Both the position numbers and the translations under genes were made by a program. Source: a virus (lineage: Duplodnaviria; Caudoviricetes). From it: a DNA stretch of 41,014 bases. Below, one piece after another: positions 8,310 to 18,023 of the stretch. The notes beneath the pieces were generated by a model. The model made no database searches. It had not been told where the DNA came from and saw only the letters and a list, made by a program, of their open reading frames with translations. Numbering within the stretch: position 1 is the first letter of the stretch; each line of letters opens with the position of its first letter. The stretch is taken from the IMG/VR virus record IMGVR_UViG_3300005805_000171, positions 1 through 41,014 of that record; one strand, 5' to 3'.

Positions 8310-11300
8310 GTTTGCTGTAACTGTACCTGCAACCGTTAAGTTTGATCTTGTAATGCTGACAGCACCAGCTTCACTGATTGACATTGCAACTCGGGAACCA
8401 GTTGCATAAGAATCAGTGGTTGCGAAGTACATTCTGGTTCCATAAGAACCATCAGAGTTGATGTAAATACCCGCCTGTGCGTTTCCACCAGAAGAAGCAT
8501 CTCTTGCACCAAATGTGATCGCAGGACCAGCGTTAGATGTTCCAGACGCGGCGCCTAGATGTACTCCACCAACACCTGTTCCAGGAGTTGTGGTATTCCA
8601 TGCGGAAAGATTTCCAGTTACTGTATGTGCTGATGCAGTGATTGTGCCAGCGCTAAAGTTACCAGAAGCGTCACGTCTTACAACAGTACTTACGGTGTTT
8701 GCAGTTGCTGATGCAAATCCATTTAATAAAGCAGCATTTAAGTTTGCAACTTCAGTTGTTGAAGTAACTGATAATGGGGCAGTACCAGTGGCAACATTAG
8801 AGATTAATCTAGTAGCAGTAACAGTTGAGGACGCAGTTAATGTACCACCGTTGCCGATAGTTACTGGAGTTGCTGTATTTCCACCACCATAAAGTCTTGT
8901 ATCACCAGAGTTGGCATTTCCATAACCAATGTACATACCATCACGGTTACTTACAGAGTTATTGTTTCTCATAACTCTGAAGTTCATGTAATCATCATTA
9001 TTGTCAAGCATACCGAAGGTAACATAATTTGATCTCAAATTAGTTACAGTGGTTGTTGAGGTTACTGATAGTGGTGCAGTTCCAGTTGCAATGTTGGAAA
9101 TTAACTGCGTACCAGTAACAGTTCCAGTAGCAGCAAAGTTACCAGCACCCGTTAAAGTCGCTGAAACAGTTGTTCCACCATACCAGTTGAATTGTGCAGC
9201 TGTATTCTGAACCGAATACCACATTGTAGCTGCTTGAACACCTATCGCAAAATCAACAGTAGATGCACTAATATTTGGATATAGGACAATTTTAGTTCCT
9301 AAACTTCTTGTAGTAAATGAAGGTGCTGCAACCCCATTAGTACCAAAGTCAATCCAGTTATTTGTTGCACCATTGATTCTTAACTGTGCATCAGTTGTAG
9401 AACCACTGCCATTCAGAGTTAAAGTGGTAGATGCTAGTGTTCCATTGAATGTGGCATTACCAGTATTACCAAGAGTGAATACGTTTGTTCCACTTGCATT
9501 TCTACCAATTAAACTGGTGGTAAATTGTAAGTATAAACTGTTGCTAGCAAACTGGATCTTACCCGCTCTTTCTGCACCAAACGCACCACTATTGAAGTAA
9601 ATTTCTTGGTTTGCCGCAACCAGAATTGATTGAGTAGTTAATAATCCTTGCAGTGTTGGAGTAGTTGTGAGAGTGTATGCACTACCATTACCAACAAGTA
9701 GAGCACCATTACTTGGCGCTCCAGTTAGTCCGGTACCACCTCTATTAACTGGAATAGTTCCAGTATGGTTAGTAACATCCAAATGGTATGCAGAGTTGTT
9801 TCCACCAAGAGTTGTGGCGTCAACATCCCCACCAGATGCGGAGTTTTTAATTTGAATTGCACCATCAGATCCAACATCAAATGTAGAGTTCTTAAACCTA
9901 GAGATACCTAGTGTGGAATATGCGTCAACAGTGCTTTGAACTCTGTTTAGTCCAAGTTTAACAATTCCATAATATGTTGTAAATCCAACCCCATCTGCAG
10001 GGAAATCTGCTGAGGTATATCCTTGAACATCAAATGGTTGGGTAGTTCCAATTCCAATCGCAGTTACAACCTTTTGATAAGAAGAATCACCTCTTAAGAA
10101 TGTTTGGTTATTTGCGGATCCAGAACCAAGTCTGGTTGGTGAAATAGTACCGGATACAATGTTGGCAGCATCTAAACTATTTGTCGATAAGAGTGAGAAG
10201 TTATTTTCATCATTTGAAGAAGTATTTACGGTAGCAGAATAAGTAACATTCTGCTCTGTAAATGTCATTGTTCCAACTGGATTTGTAGCCTCTGATAAAT
10301 CTATAGTACTCAATAATAATCCATTAACAGATGTAAGGGCCTCAGATCTAGTTTCATGGAGAGTAAATGAGTTTTGTGTTACAGAACCAGTGAAGTAGAA
10401 GTTTCCAGTTGTTACGCCAGTTGGAGTACTTCCAGTGATTTTTACCGGATCTCCAGTTGTAAATCCATGATTTACAAATACAATTTGGTCAGTTGAAGTA
10501 ACAATTCCGGATCTAGTTAAAGTATGAGTTCCAGTTCCACTACTTTCTAAATCTTTAATAGTAGATAATGCATATGTAGTATAAAGTGATATGGATGTGA
10601 GTCCTACTCTCTTAGCATAATAAACTGCGTTATTCTCTAGAGGCGATATTACTGTACCTGCAGTTACATTATAGATTACAGGATCTCCGTCCTGTAAAGT
10701 ATGACCAACGCCAAGTACAATTCTATCATTGGCAAAGTCAACGTTTCCTCCAACCCCAATATCCGTAGGAGTGAATGAGAATGTAGTTCCAATTCCAATA
10801 TTCGTTGAAACTCCTGATGCGTTTCTATCAGAAACATAGTCTGGGAGTGCAGAGGATCCTGGGAATTTCTGCTGATTTGTAAGTTTTAGATAGAGTCTAG
10901 TCTCTACAGTATTAACTTGAACTGTGAAGTTTGATCCACCAGATCTACCTCCAACTGGAGTAGGATCATTAAGTGTAAGAATGTCATTTGTTGCAAATTT
11001 AAATCCACCTGTATTAATAGCAACATTCGATACTGTACCAGCAGCACTAACGGTAATAGTTGCGGTAAGTCCAGTACCAATACCACTAGATGTGTCAAGT
11101 CTTACCCCAGTATAAATTCCAGCGGCACTATATCCAGAACCACCTGAAAGTGATTTGAGAGTGAGTGCAACACCTCTAACTAGACCAGTAGTACCATATC
11201 CAACGTTAGGGAAGGAAAGAGTGGTTGTGTTAACTCCAATCGTTGGTGGACTGGTAACAATACCAATTGCACCTCCAGCGGAAACAGTACTTACTACTTC

Positions 11301-14300
11301 ATCTCCATTTTGGAAATTGTAAATAGATGAATTATTTAAAATTAGATATTGGCCAATAAGATCACTAACCAGAACAAAAGAATCAACAGGTTCAGAAACA
11401 ACGTCTCCAGAAGAAAGATTTGTTGCAGGAATTAAGTTTACTAATTGAGTTCTTCCACCAACGTTAGCCGCTCTATAGTAATTTACAGTTTTGGGTGGAA
11501 TTAAGTCAGCGTTAATTTGACCGATAGAGTTCAATTGAACAATAGCGTTTGGAATTGCATTTGTTGATACTAACTTATCAATAAAGTTGCCAAGTCTGTT
11601 GTTTAAGAAACTTCTAACTGCAAGTTGAGTGGAAACTCTCTTGTTTAATGGACCTCCAGTTTCATTATCACCCAAATCACCATCAGTAGAGAATTCTTCA
11701 ACCGCAACACCGCCAGATAGAGATAATCTAATAGAATCAAGAGTACCAATTGTTACAGTATTATTAAAGATAATGTTACCAGTTCTGTTATATGCGGTAA
11801 TAAAGTCACCAATTTTAAAGTCACCAAGTTCGTTAGTACCAGATGTAAATACTCTACCGCCACGTTCGGAAACTTGTTCAGATTTCGAATTAGTTTTTCC
11901 TCCATTTTGTGGTAAAGCATTATAATCAATACCAGATCCAGAGAATTCCCATGTGTGCGAAGATGAGTTGATGATCGAAGGTCTATGGAAATGGAGTCTA
12001 TAATTTTCCGGTAAGTTTGATATACCCTGAATAGTTCCACCAGCTAGAGTAGAATCAACTTTAAATTGAACTGACCAGTAAGTGCTAAGTCCAGCAACAG
12101 CGCTAATTGATGTTGAAATTGGACTTCCACTATGATCATCAATCGTTAAATTTAATCCTCCAGTAGCTGCAAAGTTTCTCCTGACTCCTTCGGAAAGTTC
12201 TACAGAAACTATAAGTTGTCTTGTATCATTACTCCATGTGTATGCATATCCTACGGCAGTTCCACCAGATACCTCTTGACTTACTGCTCTACCAGAAACA
12301 AAGTTAAGTGTTTGTGTTCCTGGAATAGTCAAACGTTGATATATGCTATGTCTATCAATAATTTCTTTTGCAAAAAATTCTTGAGTGTTTTTCTGTAGTG
12401 TGTGAATACCAGTTGATGCTGAAGTCAAATCAACTATTCTAGATAAAGAATCATCTTCAGCAAGTTGGAAAGATCCAGAGTCAACATATTTTACATAATA
12501 TTGGTTTTGGTTAACCAATCCACCAATAATTCTGCTAGGAATTACTCCCTCATCTCCAAGATAGACTAAACTATCTCCATTTTGGAATGGATGTAGAGCA
12601 ATATTAATGGTATCATTAGAAGTATTAACTACCCCTCCGGCTGTTACTGCTGTTCCAATAAACTCTTGTACAATTGGTGCTGGTTTAAAGTTTGCAGTTT
12701 GATCATTTCCGGTATTGTCAAAGAATCTTAAAACATATAAATCTTGTTCTGATCTACCTAATCCAACTACTTTTAGAGTGGTTAGTCCACCAGAAGTTCC
12801 AGTCGCTGCGATCCGTCCCCTGTCAAATCTGAATGAATTTGGACTGAATCCAACAGATCTTAGAGCATATAATCCAAAGTTTGTTGCAGAGTTGGTAATT
12901 GATAGGTAACCACCAGACTGAGTTAAAGATCCATAACGACAGAAGATTTGGAAGCAAGAAACGACCTGTGCATATCCATCATTAATTGTTCTCCAACCAA
13001 TGCCACCAAAAGAAACCATGGTAAATGTTGCAGCAACCATGGACTTACCTTGTTCTGGTTGTTCATCAAGAACAGGAATTTCAGCTTCTTGTGCAATAAC
13101 TGGAATGTTTGGTGATAATACTTTAGAACCATCAACTAAAATTCCATTTCCACCTAAGAATGAAAGAATAGAACAGTTTTGAATGTATGGTGATCTTGTA
13201 ATAGTCGGTTTATCGGTCTTTGTTGCATATCCAGATCTAGATGTTAGAGTATCTGTAGGATCATCAAAAGCAATTGCATAGTCAAATGTTGACTGAGGAA
13301 TACCAGCGGCATCAACCGCATCCTTCATTGCAAAACCTGTTACGTAAACACCATTTCTAACTCTAAAGAGGTCTTTACCGGCATTTAGAGGTCTGATAAT
13401 AGTATTTCTGAGGTTATCGCCAACAACTGCAACGTCATCATAAAGGAGAATTGGGTTATCTTCGGTATAATCTCCAGCCTCAACAACAATACAAACAGGA
13501 TTAGATTTTGTTTGTGGTAAAGATAGAGCTGGGCCGGCTTCTGTGCCAAATCCAATAATAGTAGTAACAATACCTGTATAATTAACAATTGCAGATCTTA
13601 CATCAGCACAATCAGTTCCACCAATGCTTGTTGAAGCAATACCAACTAAACTTCCACTTAATAAAGCGGTAGTAAGAATACCAACGAGACTATCAATAGT
13701 AGATCTTGTGTTTGAGCATACGTTTGGATTCTTATTAGTTGATCCTACAGAAACATCATTTTGAATTGTAAGATCTTGATAATTCAACCAGTTTGTAACT
13801 GCTTGTTTTGCATATGTTCCTACACTTCTGAATGCATAAACAGAAGCAGTTTCTTCTCCAAGAACACCATTTGATAGAAGTGTTCCTGCGCCATTAAAAT
13901 ATTTTTTAGTCGCATATATTGTATGTTGGTTTGTTCCGTAAGAAACATCCTGTGCAATAGCGTCTACAATGTATCCCAAGTCTCTCGCACACTTACGTCC
14001 ACCAACTACAGTTGTAGTTCCAATACCAACCGAACTGACTCCAATGCCAAGAGTACTAATTCCTGTAAGGTTTCTTACATTATAAGTAGGATTGACAAGG
14101 AAATATCCATAGTTAGTCGTAGTTCCAATACCTGCTGTACTTCCTGCAGAAACTACTGTAGTAACAATGCCTGCAAGGGAGGCAATTGTTGATCTAACAT
14201 TTGCACAAGAATTTGGACTTGTATTGAATCCTGTCTCAGAATCAGCAGTAATAGTTAAATCTCTAGAATTTAACTGATTTGTTACCGCAGAAGACATCAA

Positions 14301-17300
14301 ATCTTTTGCACTAGTGAAGACATAATTTGATTGAGCTTCTTCACCATTCAATCCATTTGGAATTGGGGATCCAACATTATTGAAGTAGAATCCAGCAAAT
14401 CTTCTGCTGTAATTATTACCACCAGTAAATACGTCCGTTGATACTGCATCTACAAAGAATGCAGTATCTCTAGCACACTTCCAAATTCCTGCAGTAGTTC
14501 CAAATCCAATTACACTAAGATTAAAGTTTCCAAGGTTAAGTGCAGGTAGTCCACTAGTATTTCCAGCGCCAACTGCAGCCGTAACAACTCCAACAAGAGA
14601 AGTAATAGTGTTCTGTACATCGGTACAGGATGTAGTGCTGGTAACTTCTACTGCACCAATTTTAGTTCCTGTATAAGATGTCGGTCCACTTGAAATGCCT
14701 AGATTTTTTTGGGTAAGTTGGTTTGTAATTGCATTTCGCATTTGAATTCCAGCTTGCTGGAATCCATAAATGCTTTGTTGTTCTTCGCCAATTAAACTAG
14801 TAGTTCCAACACCTACGAAGTAGAAACCAGTAAAGGCTCTTGCATAGTTATTACCGCCAGTAAATACGTCGGTTGAAACTGCATCTACAAAATACCCAAG
14901 ATCTCTCTGACACTTAGCTGAAGATATTCCAGAAGACCAAAGGGTAGGATACTGAACATTAATTGCTGTCATTGCAGTGGCAACAATTTCATCCTTATTA
15001 ATTTGAATCAGTCTATAAGCATCATAATACCTGGAGTCCTTAGTTGTAGAGCCAATACCAGGACCAGGTACATAAAATCCAGTTGGGAATCCAATGGCAA
15101 GAGATGCCATTGACTTATCAACGATTTCTTGTTTATTGATTGTGATTAACTTATAAGAGTCATAATATCTGGATCTAGGATTAGTTTCAACTTCACCTGG
15201 GAAGAAGAATGTAGATCCAACTCCAACTGCAACAGAAGCCAGAGACTTATCAATAATTTCTTGCCTATTTCCAACAATAAGATTTCTAGCGTCCTTGGAT
15301 CTATGGAAATAATTTGTGTTATTATTTTCTGGATCATCAATAATGGTAAAATCAAATGTCTGCGAAACTGAAGTTTGATACAAAGTCGGTGGACTTTGAT
15401 TGTTAATTACGTATTGTCCAAGGAATTTTACATAATCTATTGCAAAAGTAAATGGAACTTCTTCTCCAGTATATGTTCCAGAATTTCTAAGTACTGATGC
15501 AACATTTATAGACTTAGAATTTCCACCAAATCTGACATCATACGTAATAGCATCTACGATTGAACTTATGCCAGACTTCCAAGTATTTGCTTCAAAGTCT
15601 GGGAATATTGTAGCAACACCAATATTTTCATAATTAAATTGAACATAAGCTATTGATTCTTCTTTGATGAACTCTTTGTTCGCTTCCAGTAAATCTCCAG
15701 CATCCAAATATCTTTGACCAGGAATTTGGAAACTATCAAATGAAGCTAATTGAGCTGCCCTCTTAATAGTTTTAACTGGCAAAGACTTACCATTATAAGA
15801 ATCATCTCCGTTCTGAGCGGAAACATAATATCTACTTTCGAATAGTCCAGCACCATTTGTGGTGAATCCTAATGTACCATCAGGGTTTAATCCCAATAAT
15901 TGTCCAGCACTACCGATTTTATCAGGCAAAATTAATGTGTAATCTGAAGCAATACCAGAATTTGAAAGTTGAATTCTTACAGTTTTATCCTGAGCCCCTA
16001 CAGTATTAAATCCAACAAGAGATAATGTGGCACCAATACCAACTTGACTGAATGTAGAAATTCCAGTGTACTTTACATTTTCTCCAACAAGATTTGTAAT
16101 TGTTCCAGCTGTAGCAACTAACCTGTCAATTCCAGTAATTGAAGCTTGTATACCATCTACAGTAATAGAACCAGAACCAATCGTAAGAATTCCGGTAATT
16201 CTAGCACTACCATCAACAAATAAAGCAGTAGTTCCAATACCAATAATAACGGTTCCTACACCTGTTGTAGATCCGAAAGTGCTGACACCGGAATAATTTA
16301 AATTAGTTCCAGTAAGATCTGTGATTAATCCAACATTGGATTGTAAAGTCTCAGTAGTTGTTAAATCTGAAACAACTAAATCTGTCGCAAATCCTACGTT
16401 TAGATAAACATTGGAAGCAGCAATTCCTGGTGAACTGAGAGTTGATGCAACGGAAACACTTCCTACTAATGTAGAAACTCCAGATACATTTAAAGTAGTT
16501 ACTATTCCGGAATTAATATATGCAGTGACGATATCAAAACTTGTAGCAAATCCAGAATTTACGTATTGCTGATTAACGTAAGAAGTACTTATACTCGCCG
16601 ATGTAATTCCAACTGAAGTGATAATTCCAGTATTGATATAACCTTCATTTGCATATATGAAAGTAGAGAATCCAATATTAGTATATGTAGTATCAAGATA
16701 TGACGTTTCTGCAGTTAAAGTTGTTACTACTCCAGAATTTGCATAGAAATCATTTACTCTTGCACTAGAAATTCCTGTGGTTGTTATAATACCAGAATTA
16801 ATATATGCTGTTGTTATAATACCCGTATTTACAAATGACTGACCTACATATTGAGCACCTACAGCTATTGTAGTTCCAATACCAACATTAATATATGATG
16901 TATTTGCGTATAGTGTGGTTGTATAGAGATCTGTAACTACACCAGCTGCAATAAATGCGTTTGTTATGACACCAACATTGACAAATGATGTATTTGCATA
17001 TCCAGCTTCCGAATTAATAGTAGTTACAATACCGGAAGTTATATAAGCTGTTGGCGTGGAGAATGTATCTGCATAAAGATCTGTTATATTAGCAAGATCA
17101 ATACTTGATGTCTGTGCAGATAGTGTTGTTGTAGTAAGATCCGTTATTATTCCAGTTACTACGTATGCTGTACTTGCGGTTAATGACGTTATTCCTGCGG
17201 TAGTTAAAATACCCGAATTTACATAAAGATCCTGTACATATGCTGTAGTAATACCAATATTTGTTACTATTCCAGCCTTAATATAAAGATCTTCAATAGC

Positions 17301-17975
17301 TGCTGTCTGAATGCCAACAGCAGTCATAATACCACTATTTGCATAGAAAAGGTCTACTCTACCACTACCAATACCTATTTCTTGTATTACAGCCTGATAA
17401 CCAACAGATAAATTATTGGCAATAGCTACATCATGAAGATTGGTTTGGCCAGCAAGAGGATTTGTGTAGGTAAGTGTAGTTGTGGCTGCACCCGTTATAA
17501 AAGCAGGAAGATCTATACCAACTTCCTCAATACCAATAGAGGTAATAATAGTTCCCGAAGCAATATACCCTTCTCCATTATCATTAACGTTATAGCCAAG
17601 TCTTAAATTCTCAGTAGTGACTCCAATAACATTTAAATTGGAGTCACTTATTGTCGATTCTCTTTGTATGATGGGATCATAGATCACATCTAAACTTCTT
17701 GCGATTATATTTCCCGCAAATAAAGAATTTCCATTTACAAAAAGCTTAAATTCATCACATGATGTGGTTCCTATTCCAACAAAAGATTTATTTACAAGGC
17801 CCTGAGATACCGTAGCACCAAAACCAGTTCCAACCAAGTAATGGCCACCAGGGGTAGACCCATCATGAACCACAGCTACATCTAGTGTAGTGTCAATTGT
17901 TAATTCTCCAACTGCTCCCGTAAAAACCTGGTGTTCTGAAGATGTTCCCCTTCTAAGCTGTACCTGCTTGGTCAT
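8025..17975 (-). CDS. Giant tail fibre / receptor-binding protein (3316 aa)
   Basis: Mtd_N-like start (QVQLRRGT..GELTIDT..HDG.TPGG); long (S/T)GIxT repeats; beta-helix cap YYVS..NGDD..TIKRA / IVVEAGDYTE split by a helical insert; three H-x-[FL]-x-x-G-D repeats; C-terminal S74 chaperone. Confidence 0.9.
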   Translation of the reverse strand: MTKQVQLRRGTSSEHQVFTGAVGELTIDTTLDVAVVHDGSTPGGHYLVGTGFGATVSQGLVNKSFVGIGTTSCDEFKLFVNGNSLFAGNIIARSLDVIYDPIIQRESTISDSNLNVIGVTTENLRLGYNVNDNGEGYIASGTIITSIGIEEVGIDLPAFITGAATTTLTYTNPLAGQTNLHDVAIANNLSVGYQAVIQEIGIGSGRVDLFYANSGIMTAVGIQTAAIEDLYIKAGIVTNIGITTAYVQDLYVNSGILTTAGITSLTASTAYVVTGIITDLTTTTLSAQTSSIDLANITDLYADTFSTPTAYITSGIVTTINSEAGYANTSFVNVGVITNAFIAAGVVTDLYTTTLYANTSYINVGIGTTIAVGAQYVGQSFVNTGIITTAYINSGIITTTGISSARVNDFYANSGVVTTLTAETSYLDTTYTNIGFSTFIYANEGYINTGIITSVGITSASISTSYVNQQYVNSGFATSFDIVTAYINSGIVTTLNVSGVSTLVGSVSVASTLSSPGIAASNVYLNVGFATDLVVSDLTTTETLQSNVGLITDLTGTNLNYSGVSTFGSTTGVGTVIIGIGTTALFVDGSARITGILTIGSGSITVDGIQASITGIDRLVATAGTITNLVGENVKYTGISTFSQVGIGATLSLVGFNTVGAQDKTVRIQLSNSGIASDYTLILPDKIGSAGQLLGLNPDGTLGFTTNGAGLFESRYYVSAQNGDDSYNGKSLPVKTIKRAAQLASFDSFQIPGQRYLDAGDLLEANKEFIKEESIAYVQFNYENIGVATIFPDFEANTWKSGISSIVDAITYDVRFGGNSKSINVASVLRNSGTYTGEEVPFTFAIDYVKFLGQYVINNQSPPTLYQTSVSQTFDFTIIDDPENNNTNYFHRSKDARNLIVGNRQEIIDKSLASVAVGVGSTFFFPGEVETNPRSRYYDSYKLITINKQEIVDKSMASLAIGFPTGFYVPGPGIGSTTKDSRYYDAYRLIQINKDEIVATAMTAINVQYPTLWSSGISSAKCQRDLGYFVDAVSTDVFTGGNNYARAFTGFYFVGVGTTSLIGEEQQSIYGFQQAGIQMRNAITNQLTQKNLGISSGPTSYTGTKIGAVEVTSTTSCTDVQNTITSLVGVVTAAVGAGNTSGLPALNLGNFNLSVIGFGTTAGIWKCARDTAFFVDAVSTDVFTGGNNYSRRFAGFYFNNVGSPIPNGLNGEEAQSNYVFTSAKDLMSSAVTNQLNSRDLTITADSETGFNTSPNSCANVRSTIASLAGIVTTVVSAGSTAGIGTTTNYGYFLVNPTYNVRNLTGISTLGIGVSSVGIGTTTVVGGRKCARDLGYIVDAIAQDVSYGTNQHTIYATKKYFNGAGTLLSNGVLGEETASVYAFRSVGTYAKQAVTNWLNYQDLTIQNDVSVGSTNKNPNVCSNTRSTIDSLVGILTTALLSGSLVGIASTSIGGTDCADVRSAIVNYTGIVTTIIGFGTEAGPALSLPQTKSNPVCIVVEAGDYTEDNPILLYDDVAVVGDNLRNTIIRPLNAGKDLFRVRNGVYVTGFAMKDAVDAAGIPQSTFDYAIAFDDPTDTLTSRSGYATKTDKPTITRSPYIQNCSILSFLGGNGILVDGSKVLSPNIPVIAQEAEIPVLDEQPEQGKSMVAATFTMVSFGGIGWRTINDGYAQVVSCFQIFCRYGSLTQSGGYLSITNSATNFGLYALRSVGFSPNSFRFDRGRIAATGTSGGLTTLKVVGLGRSEQDLYVLRFFDNTGNDQTANFKPAPIVQEFIGTAVTAGGVVNTSNDTINIALHPFQNGDSLVYLGDEGVIPSRIIGGLVNQNQYYVKYVDSGSFQLAEDDSLSRIVDLTSASTGIHTLQKNTQEFFAKEIIDRHSIYQRLTIPGTQTLNFVSGRAVSQEVSGGTAVGYAYTWSNDTRQLIVSVELSEGVRRNFAATGGLNLTIDDHSGSPISTSISAVAGLSTYWSVQFKVDSTLAGGTIQGISNLPENYRLHFHRPSIINSSSHTWEFSGSGIDYNALPQNGGKTNSKSEQVSERGGRVFTSGTNELGDFKIGDFITAYNRTGNIIFNNTVTIGTLDSIRLSLSGGVAVEEFSTDGDLGDNETGGPLNKRVSTQLAVRSFLNNRLGNFIDKLVSTNAIPNAIVQLNSIGQINADLIPPKTVNYYRAANVGGRTQLVNLIPATNLSSGDVVSEPVDSFVLVSDLIGQYLILNNSSIYNFQNGDEVVSTVSAGGAIGIVTSPPTIGVNTTTLSFPNVGYGTTGLVRGVALTLKSLSGGSGYSAAGIYTGVRLDTSSGIGTGLTATITVSAAGTVSNVAINTGGFKFATNDILTLNDPTPVGGRSGGSNFTVQVNTVETRLYLKLTNQQKFPGSSALPDYVSDRNASGVSTNIGIGTTFSFTPTDIGVGGNVDFANDRIVLGVGHTLQDGDPVIYNVTAGTVISPLENNAVYYAKRVGLTSISLYTTYALSTIKDLESSGTGTHTLTRSGIVTSTDQIVFVNHGFTTGDPVKITGSTPTGVTTGNFYFTGSVTQNSFTLHETRSEALTSVNGLLLSTIDLSEATNPVGTMTFTEQNVTYSATVNTSSNDENNFSLLSTNSLDAANIVSGTISPTRLGSGSANNQTFLRGDSSYQKVVTAIGIGTTQPFDVQGYTSADFPADGVGFTTYYGIVKLGLNRVQSTVDAYSTLGISRFKNSTFDVGSDGAIQIKNSASGGDVDATTLGGNNSAYHLDVTNHTGTIPVNRGGTGLTGAPSNGALLVGNGSAYTLTTTPTLQGLLTTQSILVAANQEIYFNSGAFGAERAGKIQFASNSLYLQFTTSLIGRNASGTNVFTLGNTGNATFNGTLASTTLTLNGSGSTTDAQLRINGATNNWIDFGTNGVAAPSFTTRSLGTKIVLYPNISASTVDFAIGVQAATMWYSVQNTAAQFNWYGGTTVSATLTGAGNFAATGTVTGTQLISNIATGTAPLSVTSTTTVTNLRSNYVTFGMLDNNDDYMNFRVMRNNNSVSNRDGMYIGYGNANSGDTRLYGGGNTATPVTIGNGGTLTASSTVTATRLISNVATGTAPLSVTSTTEVANLNAALLNGFASATANTVSTVVRRDASGNFSAGTITASAHTVTGNLSAWNTTTPGTGVGGVHLGAASGTSNAGPAITFGARDASSGGNAQAGIYINSDGSYGTRMYFATTDSYATGSRVAMSISEAGAVSITRSNLTVAGTVTANSDIRLKTNIETISDALNKVLNLRGVIYDRIDSGERQIGVIAQEVEAVLPELVHENDGTKSVAYSNMVAVLIEAIKEQQVQINELRDEIKKLKVE
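13545..15713 (-). repeat. Four nested phycobiliprotein-like helical domains inside the tail fibre
   Basis: Four R-x-x-D-x-x-x-L-x-x-x-N starts; cores WKSGISSIVDA, KCQRDLGYFVDA, KCARDTAFFVDA, KCARDLGYIVDA; four closing helices SCTDVQ, SCANVR, VCSNTR, DCADVR. Confidence 0.7.
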
Positions 17976-18011
17976 AGTACTATACGACTCAAATTACTAT
18001 TTCTTCTGATT

Positions 18012-18018
18012 TATTTAT
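18012..18018 (-). promoter_or_regulatory. Late promoter core (ATAAATA) for the tail fibre gene
   Basis: Intergenic, 37 nt upstream of the ATG at 17975. Confidence 0.7.
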
Positions 18019-18023
18019 CAGAA

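Noticed and set aside
17830-17975. Diversity-generating retroelement suggested by the Mtd_N-like domain
   Set aside because: No reverse transcriptase or adenine-mismatched template/variable repeat pair was seen in the window, and the fibre ends in S74 rather than a lectin-type variable region.
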